Sequence record: MH816966
Direction: 5' to 3' (one strand)
Source: Escherichia phage FEC19
DNA: 64,000 bases
How positions within the stretch are numbered: the stretch's first letter is position 1; the number at the start of each line of letters is the position of its first letter. Position numbers and translations under genes: made by a program. Of the stretch, positions 36,752 to 46,463 are shown piece after piece. The notes under the pieces are model-generated. The model worked only from the letters and a program-made list of their open reading frames with translations, ran no database searches and was not told the origin of the DNA.

Positions 36752-38932
36752 TCACCACTTCAAAGGTGTAGCAGTAAGGTTGTTTATGTCGTTGATATCA
36801 TCTTGTTCAAGCACACGCTTAGTCTCAATCGCCGTGCTTCTTGGGTCTTGAGCGCCGTTGACGTTGATGACAACGTTTTTCTGACCCATAGTGATATCAC
36901 GCCCACCAGGTCGACTATTCGCGGAAAGGTCACTGCCGTATTTCTGGAATGCCTCAAGCTGAAATGCCGCAAGACGAGCATTCTTCATCGCTTCGGCCTG
37001 AATGTTCGGTCTTACACCTGGAGTTGAAGCCAGCTGCATGTTTTTAATATAATCCCTTTGCGTTCCAAGTTTAAGGTAAGTTTGAGCAAAGTCAATATCA
37101 CCTTTGTTTACTTGTCCTTGCATCAGCTGCTCAACTGGCACGTTGAGGTATCCTGCAATAGCTTCTTGCAGCTGTCTGTATTGCACCGTTTGGCGGGATT
37201 GTCCCTGTACTGGAGCGTAGCTGCCTTTTGGCGCTTCTACTCCGCTACCGCTAAGCACTGGAGTAACTGGTGCACCTTGCGGCGCTCCCGTGGCGTATTC
37301 TCCATTCGCCTGTCGTTCGAGAGCGGCCATTACCTTGCCAGGGTATGCACGGGTGTTCTTTCCCCATCCGCTGCGGTCATATCCGCCGTGATACATAGTC
37401 AGCGCAAGATTCCAATCGCCATTAGCAGCGGTGAAATATTCCTTGAGAAGTTGAGCGCCGCCCATAATGTTTTGTCTAGGGTCGTTGCCGTCTGTGATGC
37501 CAAGACCCTTGAAGTTGGAAGGCATTATTTGCATCAGTCCGGTCGCGCCTGCTCCGCTTACGGCATTAGGGTTGAATCCAGATTCGACTTCTGTGACGGC
37601 CTTCATCATCGCAACAGGTATTCCATAACGCTTGGAGGCTTCCTCATAGATTGAGTCGTAAGCGGTCGGATTGCCTGACCCCAAGTTATTGCCTACGGTC
37701 GCACCAGTACTTAGTGCTGGTGTTCCAGGTATGGCGGATTGGCCTGCGCTTCGTCCTATCTCACCAGCCCATGCAGCCCACGCTTGTCGCTCATCAATGA
37801 CTCCAGCAAAGGTTGAAACGGCGCTTGAAAACAGGTTTATATCGCGAGTGAAAAGTGCTTGCGCAGAACGTTGTTCAGCCGCGTTTTGCTCCTGGTTCCT
37901 CTGGCGTTTCACATCGCCGTCGGCCATCTGCGTGATCCATCTATCAACGGCACGCTCGTGACGCTCGTTAACAGCCGCTTGTTTATCAAACGGGTGTTTC
38001 AAGTCAGCGATGAAATTGTCGACAAATTCAGACCATCCATCAGACATTCTTTGGAACATCATCTGGAATCCTTCGACTGTATCGGCAGTCTTGCTGACAA
38101 GCGTCGAGAATGCCGGCATCACGTTCTCGCCGATTACCAGTTCAATGCGTCGCCAGTCTTCTTGAATTTGGCCCATGCTGTTTCGTATCGTTTCAAGTGC
38201 GGCCTGCTGTCTTTGCAGCTTCGCGGTTTCTTCGTCGCTTATACGGGTGCTTTCTTTGACTGATTGATTTCGCTCACGAAGCGCACGGACTTCATCAGCG
38301 GTAAAACCTGCCAGAGCACCAATAGCACGAGCGGTTTGCTCATTTACACTTCTCAGCTTTGTGCCAATTTCATCAAGCAGCTGGTTTGTGTCTTTTATGC
38401 CGCCGTTACTGTTGAAAGGACTGGTTCCCATCTTGTTAAGCAACAAGTTGTCCTTGTTCATAACATCTGGGTTGGTGTATGCGTTGAATGCGAGATTAGA
38501 AGCCTTGCTGATCAAATCCCTTGACCCTTGCGCACCAAGAACTCCGCCTGAACTCTCATTCAATTGTCGCTGTAATTGCTCCACGCCAATTGGTGAAAGT
38601 CCTGCTTCAAATCCCAGCTTCCTTTGCGCTTCGTATTCTTTTCGAACATCAACAATGGATTTGACGACGACAGCCAATCCTGCGACAACAGGAACGAGCG
38701 CGGCAAAGCGATAAGTAAGCCGCGCAAGGATTCCGTCAATAGACCCCAGTTCAGCTGTGAGAGGCTTCAGCTCACCAAACACATCTTTGAATGCTCCGGT
38801 GAAGTCTTTACCAGCGGCCTTTGCCTTTTTGTTTGTCTGATCAACCTTATCTTGCAATTGCTCAAGACGATTGATGGACTCTTTCAAGTCCACCGTATAT
38901 TGAAGAACAAATTTTTCTAATGAGTCAGACAC
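36752..38932 (-). CDS. tail tape measure protein with lytic transglycosylase (SLT) domain
   Basis: Long helical N-terminal region; SLT motif EVESGFNPNAVSGAGATGLMQIMP. Confidence 0.75.
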   Translation of the reverse strand: MSDSLEKFVLQYTVDLKESINRLEQLQDKVDQTNKKAKAAGKDFTGAFKDVFGELKPLTAELGSIDGILARLTYRFAALVPVVAGLAVVVKSIVDVRKEYEAQRKLGFEAGLSPIGVEQLQRQLNESSGGVLGAQGSRDLISKASNLAFNAYTNPDVMNKDNLLLNKMGTSPFNSNGGIKDTNQLLDEIGTKLRSVNEQTARAIGALAGFTADEVRALRERNQSVKESTRISDEETAKLQRQQAALETIRNSMGQIQEDWRRIELVIGENVMPAFSTLVSKTADTVEGFQMMFQRMSDGWSEFVDNFIADLKHPFDKQAAVNERHERAVDRWITQMADGDVKRQRNQEQNAAEQRSAQALFTRDINLFSSAVSTFAGVIDERQAWAAWAGEIGRSAGQSAIPGTPALSTGATVGNNLGSGNPTAYDSIYEEASKRYGIPVAMMKAVTEVESGFNPNAVSGAGATGLMQIMPSNFKGLGITDGNDPRQNIMGGAQLLKEYFTAANGDWNLALTMYHGGYDRSGWGKNTRAYPGKVMAALERQANGEYATGAPQGAPVTPVLSGSGVEAPKGSYAPVQGQSRQTVQYRQLQEAIAGYLNVPVEQLMQGQVNKGDIDFAQTYLKLGTQRDYIKNMQLASTPGVRPNIQAEAMKNARLAAFQLEAFQKYGSDLSANSRPGGRDITMGQKNVVINVNGAQDPRSTAIETKRVLEQDDINDINNLTATPLKW

Positions 38933-38935
38933 AGT

Positions 38936-39352
38936 TTACCCCTTGTTTGGAGTCTCGCCGCTGAGGAATGGCGCGATTAATCGCATCGATTCGCCAATAA
39001 ATGCTGCAGCCATTTCGCCGCCAGCTTGTTCCCAGTATCCTTCACGTTCAGCGTGAGTCTCTGGGTTGATTCCGTTTTCCATCAACACTGCTTCGAAAAC
39101 CAATTTCAAGTTTTCCCAGTCGCCAAGATGGTTGTCAATAAGTGCGCCAGTGCTCAGCGGAATTTCTTGCCCGACATCAAGTTCAACCTTTGCAAAGCTT
39201 AACACTTCCATTGTGTATTCTGAACGGAATGCAGGGTCTTTTGACATTGCAAATTCGATGAATCGGCGCTGTATGTTCCAACCTTCCATCGCAGTCATTT
39301 TGCTGATTTTAATTTCTACTTTACGACCAGTTTGTTTATTGGTGATCTTCAT
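38936..39352 (-). CDS. putative tail assembly chaperone
   Basis: Acidic 138-aa protein directly upstream of the tape-measure gene. Confidence 0.45.
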   Translation of the reverse strand: MKITNKQTGRKVEIKISKMTAMEGWNIQRRFIEFAMSKDPAFRSEYTMEVLSFAKVELDVGQEIPLSTGALIDNHLGDWENLKLVFEAVLMENGINPETHAEREGYWEQAGGEMAAAFIGESMRLIAPFLSGETPNKG

Positions 39353-39353
39353 T

Positions 39354-39914
39354 TTATATTCCTACTGTTGATTTTATTTTATTATATAACGAACTCACAG
39401 TTGTAGTCAAACTGACTGGCTCTTTAATAGCCACGCCATTTGACGATTCATCTGCGGACTGTTTAGGGTCAAAGCTTCCTTGAATACTAAATGACGTCTG
39501 TTCAAATGTTATTACAATTGAGACTCCATTCAGGTTTTCTTCTGACTGAGTTATTTCGACATCAGACATCGACATTTTGCTTGCAATTATGCTTCGAGAA
39601 GTTATTGAAAATGTGACTTCATCATTGTCGAATGTATTAATTATGTTTTCAATAGTCGATTGGTCGTTGCAAATTACGTTTAGCGCCATGTGCGCTGGCA
39701 TTATTACTTTTGCCGCCTGTAGATTGCTTACTGAGGATGTACTTGATACTTCCACCACCTGCATCGCCGTTCCAGCAATTGGAAATTGAGTAGTTTCTGC
39801 TGGTGATGTTATTTCTGCAGACACTGGAGAAAGCCTTGTCCAGACAGGAAGCCCTGTCGACTCATTCGTTATGGTCAGAGATTGACCAGAAAGCAGAATC
39901 GAAACAAAGTCCAT
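39354..39914 (-). CDS. tail-associated hypothetical protein
   Basis: ORF packed in the tail operon. Confidence 0.45.
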   Translation of the reverse strand: MDFVSILLSGQSLTITNESTGLPVWTRLSPVSAEITSPAETTQFPIAGTAMQVVEVSSTSSVSNLQAAKVIMPAHMALNVICNDQSTIENIINTFDNDEVTFSITSRSIIASKMSMSDVEITQSEENLNGVSIVITFEQTSFSIQGSFDPKQSADESSNGVAIKEPVSLTTTVSSLYNKIKSTVGI

Positions 39915-40447
39915 CAGAACATCCCCTTGATGCCATTCATCACCTTTGTTGCAACGCCAGTGACGCTGGCAGTAGTCTCTTTTATATAAGCGATGCCGCG
40001 CTCAATGACAGTGGAGTCGGCTGCTTGCGCTGTTTGAATAGACACATCCTGCTGTGTTAATATCTCGTGGAAGACCAGTTGTATGGGTTGTGAAGTTATA
40101 TTGTCAGCATCTTGGCTGAGATTGTTATTTTGCAGCACCATACGTTCAAATATTAGCCCACGAGAATTTATTGTGTATATAGTGGACCTATTTTGCAGCA
40201 TCTTTGCGATTGCTTCGGACGCGCTTTTTGTCTGTGCTATTACAGTCACAGTCAATATTCTAGGCATTTTGACCCTGCCATCGACAATATAGCTTCCATC
40301 CTCCCTTTGGTTCTTGAATATCTTTGCTTGGAGTCTTATTTTAACGTTAACAATCGCCCAACCAAGCGTTGACACTTCCCCAAGGTTGAAGCTTCTTATT
40401 GTGAAGCTTCTGTTGGAAAGACTATATGACAATAAATCGATAGCCAT
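39914..40447 (-). CDS. tail-associated hypothetical protein
   Basis: ORF coupled to both neighbours. Confidence 0.45.
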   Translation of the reverse strand: MAIDLLSYSLSNRSFTIRSFNLGEVSTLGWAIVNVKIRLQAKIFKNQREDGSYIVDGRVKMPRILTVTVIAQTKSASEAIAKMLQNRSTIYTINSRGLIFERMVLQNNNLSQDADNITSQPIQLVFHEILTQQDVSIQTAQAADSTVIERGIAYIKETTASVTGVATKVMNGIKGMF

Positions 40448-40944
40448 TAAATTGACCCCAATATACTCTGCACCACGCCTTTTGCAATTTGTGATGTGCT
40501 CTGTGCGCCGCCGTAGCTGGCAAACACGAATGTGTATCTGTTTGTCTTACGACGACCGGATTGCTCAATGGAGTCGCCAAGCGGACCGCTGATGATGGTC
40601 CCGTTCGAAAATGCTACTCTGCCGCCATCAGGATATGTAATAAGCATTGATGTGACATCCTGTATAGGAAGCCACTTGAATCCGCCTTTACGAGCGGAAA
40701 GCAAAAGCTTTAGATTTATGTCGTCTTCAGTGTTTGGGATCACTGCAATGGATACGCGAACGACGGCGGCCTTGTCATAAATACAAATGCCGCCGTCATA
40801 AGTAAGTTGATAGCCTACTGATTCAACTTCCTCAATAATTAGCGAATCCTGGTCATCAGACAAAGAACTGATATTCAGCCCAACAGGAAAAGATTGGAGA
40901 GCGACAATTCTAATGCTTGTGCCAAATCCACTAATATTGACCAT
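40447..40944 (-). CDS. tail tube-like protein, paralog 2
   Basis: N-terminus MVNISGFGTSIRIVA parallels MINVSGFGASIRLVA of 41895-42362. Confidence 0.55.
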   Translation of the reverse strand: MVNISGFGTSIRIVALQSFPVGLNISSLSDDQDSLIIEEVESVGYQLTYDGGICIYDKAAVVRVSIAVIPNTEDDINLKLLLSARKGGFKWLPIQDVTSMLITYPDGGRVAFSNGTIISGPLGDSIEQSGRRKTNRYTFVFASYGGAQSTSQIAKGVVQSILGSI

Positions 40945-40946
40945 GT

Positions 40947-41213
40947 TTACTCCGCAGATGCAGATTTAACTGCTGCAAGAATTTCATCCTTATAAGAAAG
41001 ACCTTTGATGTCAATCTCATGTTCCTTTGCATAAGCCTTCAATTCAGAGACGCTCATTGAATCAAAATCAACTTTCGATTCCACTGCCTTCTCTTCAACC
41101 TGTTCTTTCTTCTCCGCAACAGGGTTTGAAGTCTTTTTGAATAATTCCGATGCGTCTTCAAATTTTTCGCCAAATTTCATGACGCCATTAGCAAAATGAA
41201 TTACTTGTGCCAT
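40947..41213 (-). CDS. hypothetical acidic protein (88 aa)
   Basis: ORF in the tail operon. Confidence 0.4.
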   Translation of the reverse strand: MAQVIHFANGVMKFGEKFEDASELFKKTSNPVAEKKEQVEEKAVESKVDFDSMSVSELKAYAKEHEIDIKGLSYKDEILAAVKSASAE

Positions 41214-41569
41214 TATTGATTACTCACCTTTATACGTTCGCCATAAATAGTCACCACTTCAGCGGTGAATCCAAGAATACCGTTTTGGATGGTGACAGTC
41301 AATGAGTCGATTCCGGCAACGTCTGCTTTCTTCAGAATAGCATCTGCAATCGACTTTCTCGCACCGTCTTCATCAACGGGCGATTTGAAAACAGTGCCTA
41401 AATAATCGACTCCGTTTTCAACATCGTACAAGTCTTCACCAAGTCGCATTTGATGCGCTGCCTTGATAACTTGTACCATGGCCTTTTCTCCTGACAGAAT
41501 ATTCAAATTTCTTCCATCAGGCAGAAACAGGTCGTTGTTATCATTAACTTCAATCGTTAGAGTTGTCAA
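41213..41569 (-). CDS. hypothetical tail-module protein (118 aa)
   Basis: Coupled ORF. Confidence 0.4.
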   Translation of the reverse strand: MTTLTIEVNDNNDLFLPDGRNLNILSGEKAMVQVIKAAHQMRLGEDLYDVENGVDYLGTVFKSPVDEDGARKSIADAILKKADVAGIDSLTVTIQNGILGFTAEVVTIYGERIKVSNQ

Positions 41570-41895
41570 ATTGCAAACTCCGCTTCAGCAGTTTTCTGGA
41601 ATTCAGCCAACTCAGATTCTGACATGTAATATAAATTACAGCCGCCAGAGTTAAAATTCTCATAATCGGGTGTGCTGTCAAAAATAAAATTGCCGTACCC
41701 AATCATGAGATATTTATAAGGCACCATTGGTATACCACCAAAACAACGTACCCCCTGAATCAACAATTCGCCATTGCGGTAAACATCTGCGCACATGTGC
41801 TCAATTGCGGCGAATATGTGCAGCTGCCAATAAGCACCGTCAACGTTAAAGCTGATATTCTGGTTAGGTACGCTGTCAAGTGGTATTTGATACAT
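41566..41895 (-). CDS. hypothetical tail-module protein (109 aa)
   Basis: Coupled ORF. Confidence 0.4.
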   Translation of the reverse strand: MYQIPLDSVPNQNISFNVDGAYWQLHIFAAIEHMCADVYRNGELLIQGVRCFGGIPMVPYKYLMIGYGNFIFDSTPDYENFNSGGCNLYYMSESELAEFQKTAEAEFAI

Positions 41896-42362
41896 TATAA
41901 AATCTCTTGGTTGCTCACGCCAGTTTTGACTACGTTCTCAAACTTAAAGCGATATTGACGTGTTTTTACACGACCCTGAGACTGGATGCCAGGAATTACT
42001 GAGCCAGTCGTCAAAGTGCCCTTGTTCAGTGTAATGACCATGCCAGAAGGGTAGGTCAGAATAAGGGTGATCACGTCTTTCGCAGAGTTCTTTCGCTTGC
42101 CTACACGGTTAGCCGCTGCCAGAACATCTAAGTTCACATCGCTTTCAGAAGTAGGGATGATGTTGACGCCTACTTCAAGAGGGTTGGCACGGTTCCATAC
42201 TACCAGGTCACCGTTCAATCCCATTGCTGCTTCAGAGATTTGAAGATCAGGCGCGTCAATCGGATCAGCATCATCTGCGAAATCAGAAAGAGTTACACCA
42301 TTTGGAAAAGTGTTTGATGCCACTAAACGAATCGAAGCGCCAAAACCGGAAACGTTAATCAT
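41895..42362 (-). CDS. tail tube protein
   Basis: 155 aa immediately downstream of the sheath gene; paralog of 40447-40944. Confidence 0.6.
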   Translation of the reverse strand: MINVSGFGASIRLVASNTFPNGVTLSDFADDADPIDAPDLQISEAAMGLNGDLVVWNRANPLEVGVNIIPTSESDVNLDVLAAANRVGKRKNSAKDVITLILTYPSGMVITLNKGTLTTGSVIPGIQSQGRVKTRQYRFKFENVVKTGVSNQEIL

Positions 42363-42409
42363 TACAGATTCCTCTCAGAGAGATGGCCGCCAGTTACGGC
42401 GGCAATTAT

Positions 42410-43948
42410 TTAGATAAGAACGTCACGACCTTCAACGCGACGCACAGCATCATCTTTAGAGTAGATTAGCGTGTATGTTGCATAGTATTCGGTGCGCCCA
42501 TCGGAAGTGGTTTCAGTATCAAAATCTACAGTCAGCCAGTAACCGATAGTTTCAACCTGCCGCCAAGCAGTGTTGTCACCGGAAGTTTGCGTGATGTATT
42601 GTTTCTGAATCTCAGTCAGCGCCTTGCCAACAGAGATGGTGCCGTTCACTTTTGCGTTATCCACAGCAACCTGAATCATGGCTTGCACAGTCGCTTTCCC
42701 TTCTTCGTTAGCAGGGACGCGACCAAGATTCAAGAACATGCTGAACAGCTGAGATGTAATAGCAGACTTGAGCCACATTTCGTTGGCATAAGTGTTCATA
42801 TCAACTGCTGCTGTTGACCCGCCCATCAATACGCCGCGCTGGAAGAATGCCAAGGTTTGTCCGGCCTGCTGAGTAGCACCGATGTAGTTCGCACGGTTTT
42901 GATCAGCAGTATCTGCGCGAGAGTCAGTTGAAACAGTCACGTTGCGAGTATCAAACTGATAATACATGTAGTTTTGAGTCGCATTCACAGTATTATAGTT
43001 TGTTGCCGCGAGGATTTCAGCAGGTGCTTGGTCGATGTAATCGTTGGCAAGGTTAGTTGCGCGAATCATCATGCCAACGCCTGAGTACCCTTTCAGAGCG
43101 GTGTAGTATGACCCGATATTAGCGAACGAAGTCGAGAATAAATACATGTACATATTATTCTGCGAATGAGTCCACGCTGCCACAGCGGTAATCTCTTCCA
43201 GAGTTCGGTCTGCTCCAGCGAAAAGGAATGAGCCGAAGTTGTTGGAGATTTCCACAGATGCTGCGATTGCTTCTACCGGACTTGAAACGCCCTGGCCTGC
43301 AACGGTTACGGTGCCAGTGGTGGTCCAACCCAACGCTTGAGACGGGTCGGTCGGTTGGCCTGTGACGTTGATAGACAGGTTGCCTGCACCAGCGGTAGAC
43401 GGTGCTGCTTCCAGCGTGAACTGCTGAGTATTAGCATTCCAATACACTTCTGCATCAGCAAGTGCAGGCACCGATGTGCCACCTTCTGCTGCAAATTTAG
43501 TATTGATTGCCGTTTCCAGAAGTTCAGCAACATTTGCCAGACTTGTCGCTGCTGAAAGGTTAATTGCGTCAGTCAGGTAGTCTGTGCCATCGTAAGTGAT
43601 GCTTAAGATAGCGCCAGTGAATGCCTGAAACGTAGCAAGCACTTTAGGCTCAGTATCACCGATTACCATTGCTGGAATCGCAGTCGACACAATACGCGAG
43701 AAGCTGATCGAATCAGGCGAGTTAATTTGCTTGCTGATGAATCCAAAATATAATGCTGCGCGCTTATATTCTTCGGAAGAATAACCGAAATATGATCCAA
43801 CAGCATCAGCCGTTGAAAATTCTGCTACAATGCCAGGCGGCAGAACTGTATTAGAAGTCATGACGCGAAGAGACAGTTTGCGAACTGCAACAGCCGCGCC
43901 TGCTCCGACCCCTGATACAATTTTAATATAACGAGATTGACTGATCAC
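42410..43948 (-). CDS. tail sheath protein
   Basis: 512 aa Ala/Thr/Gly-rich structural protein just upstream of the tube gene. Confidence 0.6.
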   Translation of the reverse strand: MISQSRYIKIVSGVGAGAAVAVRKLSLRVMTSNTVLPPGIVAEFSTADAVGSYFGYSSEEYKRAALYFGFISKQINSPDSISFSRIVSTAIPAMVIGDTEPKVLATFQAFTGAILSITYDGTDYLTDAINLSAATSLANVAELLETAINTKFAAEGGTSVPALADAEVYWNANTQQFTLEAAPSTAGAGNLSINVTGQPTDPSQALGWTTTGTVTVAGQGVSSPVEAIAASVEISNNFGSFLFAGADRTLEEITAVAAWTHSQNNMYMYLFSTSFANIGSYYTALKGYSGVGMMIRATNLANDYIDQAPAEILAATNYNTVNATQNYMYYQFDTRNVTVSTDSRADTADQNRANYIGATQQAGQTLAFFQRGVLMGGSTAAVDMNTYANEMWLKSAITSQLFSMFLNLGRVPANEEGKATVQAMIQVAVDNAKVNGTISVGKALTEIQKQYITQTSGDNTAWRQVETIGYWLTVDFDTETTSDGRTEYYATYTLIYSKDDAVRRVEGRDVLI

Positions 43949-43960
43949 GTCGGTGTCCTC

Positions 43961-44446
43961 TTATTTAATGACTTGGCTGTTGACAGATTGCCACATAAGA
44001 CTGCTGTGGATTAAAGGCTTGTCGAATCCCTTCACACGTACAGTATATCTGGCGTTTCTTTGCCACGGTCCGTTTTTAATTGATTCGACAATCTTTGCTT
44101 CCATCGCAAGCCCAATTTGACCCAATGCCTGTCTAGCGTCTATTTTACCGGAAAAAATCTTTTTAGCAATTTTATTCTCTATTTCACTGCGCTCACTAAC
44201 GAATAATTCATAGGCATATCTCATGAATGGTCTGGGTGGCACTTCTACCCTGACTGGGCCTTGTCCAAAGTTCAAAACGGCTATGTGACCAAATTCGTTA
44301 AGCCGCGCGACTTCTGAAACCAACATTCCTTCTCCACCAGTTTCTGAAGGGTATCTGGTAGAATCAAACCATCCCGCCTCGACAGTAAGACCCTTCATAG
44401 ATTGAAGCGCCTTAATCTGTTTTTCTATCATTTTTGATTTTGTCAT
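43961..44446 (-). CDS. head-tail connector/tail completion protein (tentative)
   Basis: Start refined to MTKSKMIEKQ to remove overlap. Confidence 0.45.
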   Translation of the reverse strand: MTKSKMIEKQIKALQSMKGLTVEAGWFDSTRYPSETGGEGMLVSEVARLNEFGHIAVLNFGQGPVRVEVPPRPFMRYAYELFVSERSEIENKIAKKIFSGKIDARQALGQIGLAMEAKIVESIKNGPWQRNARYTVRVKGFDKPLIHSSLMWQSVNSQVIK

Positions 44447-44447
44447 A

Positions 44448-45029
44448 TTACACCGGAACGTCACCCAAATCATTATTAACAGCTCTTGCCACTGCAGGAG
44501 TATCAATTGAAATTGCGTTTCTGTGAAGTATTACCAAATCAAAAGAAGGGAATGATTCAAATTGCGACATATCATCATAAAACTTTTCATTATTATTCAT
44601 GTCGATTCGATATACTGAGGCCTGATGCTTTTTGAACCAATCTCTCAGATTAGCTTTATGAGTTATGAATCTTGCCAAATAAGTCAATACGTCATTAGCA
44701 GTAGGCTTTTCTGGGTCACCAGGGACTTCTGGAAATAAGCCACTAATTTGAAAACGTGTTGCGTATATCTGATCTTCAATATCTTTAAATTTGCCGTTTA
44801 CAAATTGAGACTCATCATTGACAAATTCACTTTTCCTCATGGACCATCCAAACGGAACTGAGAATAAAAGGTTAAACCAAATTTGGTCACCAGTCGGAAT
44901 GCCCTGTTGAGTCGGTTGATACTTTTTCTGGACCGGAACAGCAGAAAGGTCTGCACGACTATACGCCGCCAGACCTTCTTCAATTCGCGTTGCCAGCATG
45001 TCAATCAGGTCGACATCTGTCATATACAC
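44448..45029 (-). CDS. head-tail joining protein (tentative)
   Basis: ORF between capsid and sheath genes. Confidence 0.45.
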   Translation of the reverse strand: MYMTDVDLIDMLATRIEEGLAAYSRADLSAVPVQKKYQPTQQGIPTGDQIWFNLLFSVPFGWSMRKSEFVNDESQFVNGKFKDIEDQIYATRFQISGLFPEVPGDPEKPTANDVLTYLARFITHKANLRDWFKKHQASVYRIDMNNNEKFYDDMSQFESFPSFDLVILHRNAISIDTPAVARAVNNDLGDVPV

Positions 45030-45030
45030 C

Positions 45031-45417
45031 TCAAGTAGACACTGGAAAGCTTTGTTTTATTTCCACGGCAAGGCAAGTCGTCCAACCATCTTGGTCAAAC
45101 CATGTCGTTTCATCTTCCATTTTATACGTTTTCCCACCAAACACAAAATAGTCGCCGGAAGCGTCGCGGTCAAGGTCAACAATGTCTTTGTCTACCCAGA
45201 TTTTGACATAGTTCTTTTGAAGCTCCAATCCAAGCTCGACGTATTGATTTCGAAGAACAGCCTGCACCGAAGCAAGTAGCGTGATTGGTTCTTCATAAGT
45301 GGTAACGTAGTTGCGCATTTTATCAAGAGTGCGCCCCTTGTACATGTAATATTGAATCGGTTGGCGACCGATGACCTTTGTCGCAACTCGATATAAGTTT
45401 ACGCCAGGAATCCTCAC
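45031..45417 (-). CDS. head-tail adaptor (tentative)
   Basis: ORF in the connector region. Confidence 0.45.
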   Translation of the reverse strand: MRIPGVNLYRVATKVIGRQPIQYYMYKGRTLDKMRNYVTTYEEPITLLASVQAVLRNQYVELGLELQKNYVKIWVDKDIVDLDRDASGDYFVFGGKTYKMEDETTWFDQDGWTTCLAVEIKQSFPVST

Positions 45418-45878
45418 CAGAATACCCCACCAATTTTACGAAATCCTTCGCGCTCTGGAAGACCGCCAAACGACAAGCCGCCGACAGCCAGTGCTTGCAG
45501 AAGCGCCCAAAGCGCCATGCCATAAGGAGTACTTGAAAGCCAGTATTCCCAACCATCACTTGCAGGCGGCGCTACCTTATTCACGGTGATGTCACCGATT
45601 GTTGCACCAGTCACGAAGCCGCCTTGTTCAACTCCGTCACCAGAAGACACAGACACCTGTTGGTCTGTGGCTATGCATAAAAGATGAGCCGTCATATATT
45701 CCAATGCCAGCTCCAATTTACTGCCATTTAAAACACGACAAGGACTGTCTTGTGATTCAATAAATTCACATGCCATGTCATAGAAAACTTGAAGCGTTGT
45801 GTCAGGGAATTTTACCTGATCAGCAAACTGTGGAAATTTTATTCTGAACTTTTCGTAATCTAATGACATGGCATTCAC
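45414..45878 (-). CDS. head completion protein (tentative)
   Basis: ORF in the connector region. Confidence 0.45.
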   Translation of the reverse strand: MNAMSLDYEKFRIKFPQFADQVKFPDTTLQVFYDMACEFIESQDSPCRVLNGSKLELALEYMTAHLLCIATDQQVSVSSGDGVEQGGFVTGATIGDITVNKVAPPASDGWEYWLSSTPYGMALWALLQALAVGGLSFGGLPEREGFRKIGGVFW

Positions 45879-45883
45879 CTTAT

Positions 45884-46348
45884 TTAAACGCGGAACAAAT
45901 CATCTTCTTGTTCGCCGCTCAATTTAACCTTGATGCGCTTGTCAGCCGTCTCACGCGTCATAGGTGCGAACGGGTCATCTGACATGCCGCGCACTTCTTT
46001 AGCGACAGCTTTATGATTGCCAACGATGTCGTGGTTAACCACTTTAACCAGACCTTTTTCAAGGTGCTGCTTGAATACGTGATGATCTTTTAAATGTTCA
46101 AAATCAGCATCGCTTACAACGGTGACGATTCCTTCAGGAGTCCACAAAGGTGCACCATCAGCGCCTTTTGCCATTTCACCAAAGCCGGAAGTTGCCGAAG
46201 TAAGACCAGCACCGCCCTTGATCAGAATCTGTTTGCGAATATTTGGAAGAGCGCCTGAACCAGCTTTTGCATTCGGGTTTTCTTTCACTTCCGTATAGAA
46301 AGTGTAGTTGACTGACATAGACATAGTTGAAACGATGTATTTTGGCAT
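45884..46348 (-). CDS. hypothetical structural protein (154 aa)
   Basis: First gene after the capsid gene and its intergenic hairpin. Confidence 0.45.
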   Translation of the reverse strand: MPKYIVSTMSMSVNYTFYTEVKENPNAKAGSGALPNIRKQILIKGGAGLTSATSGFGEMAKGADGAPLWTPEGIVTVVSDADFEHLKDHHVFKQHLEKGLVKVVNHDIVGNHKAVAKEVRGMSDDPFAPMTRETADKRIKVKLSGEQEDDLFRV

Positions 46349-46408
46349 TTTGTAGTCCTATTTATATAAGCCTCAGATAAGCCCCTACAGCCCTTGAGGT
46401 CTATTGAT

Positions 46409-46438
46409 ATGGGGCGAAGCCTTTCGACCACGCCCCAT
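46409..46438. other. strong hairpin in the spacer after the major capsid gene
   Basis: ATGGGGCG ... CGCCCCAT, 8-bp perfect arms with a 14-nt loop. Confidence 0.35.
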
Positions 46439-46463
46439 GTGTTTTACTGTGTAATCACAGCAA

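Noticed and set aside
37058-37654. 198-aa plus-strand ORF inside the tape-measure gene
   Set aside because: Antisense to the tape-measure gene, which carries a clear lytic transglycosylase motif; no independent signals.
38936-39914. Programmed frameshift between tail chaperone ORFs
   Set aside because: The two ORFs upstream of the tape-measure gene are separated by a stop with a 1-nt gap and I could not identify a slippery heptamer; not supported from sequence alone.
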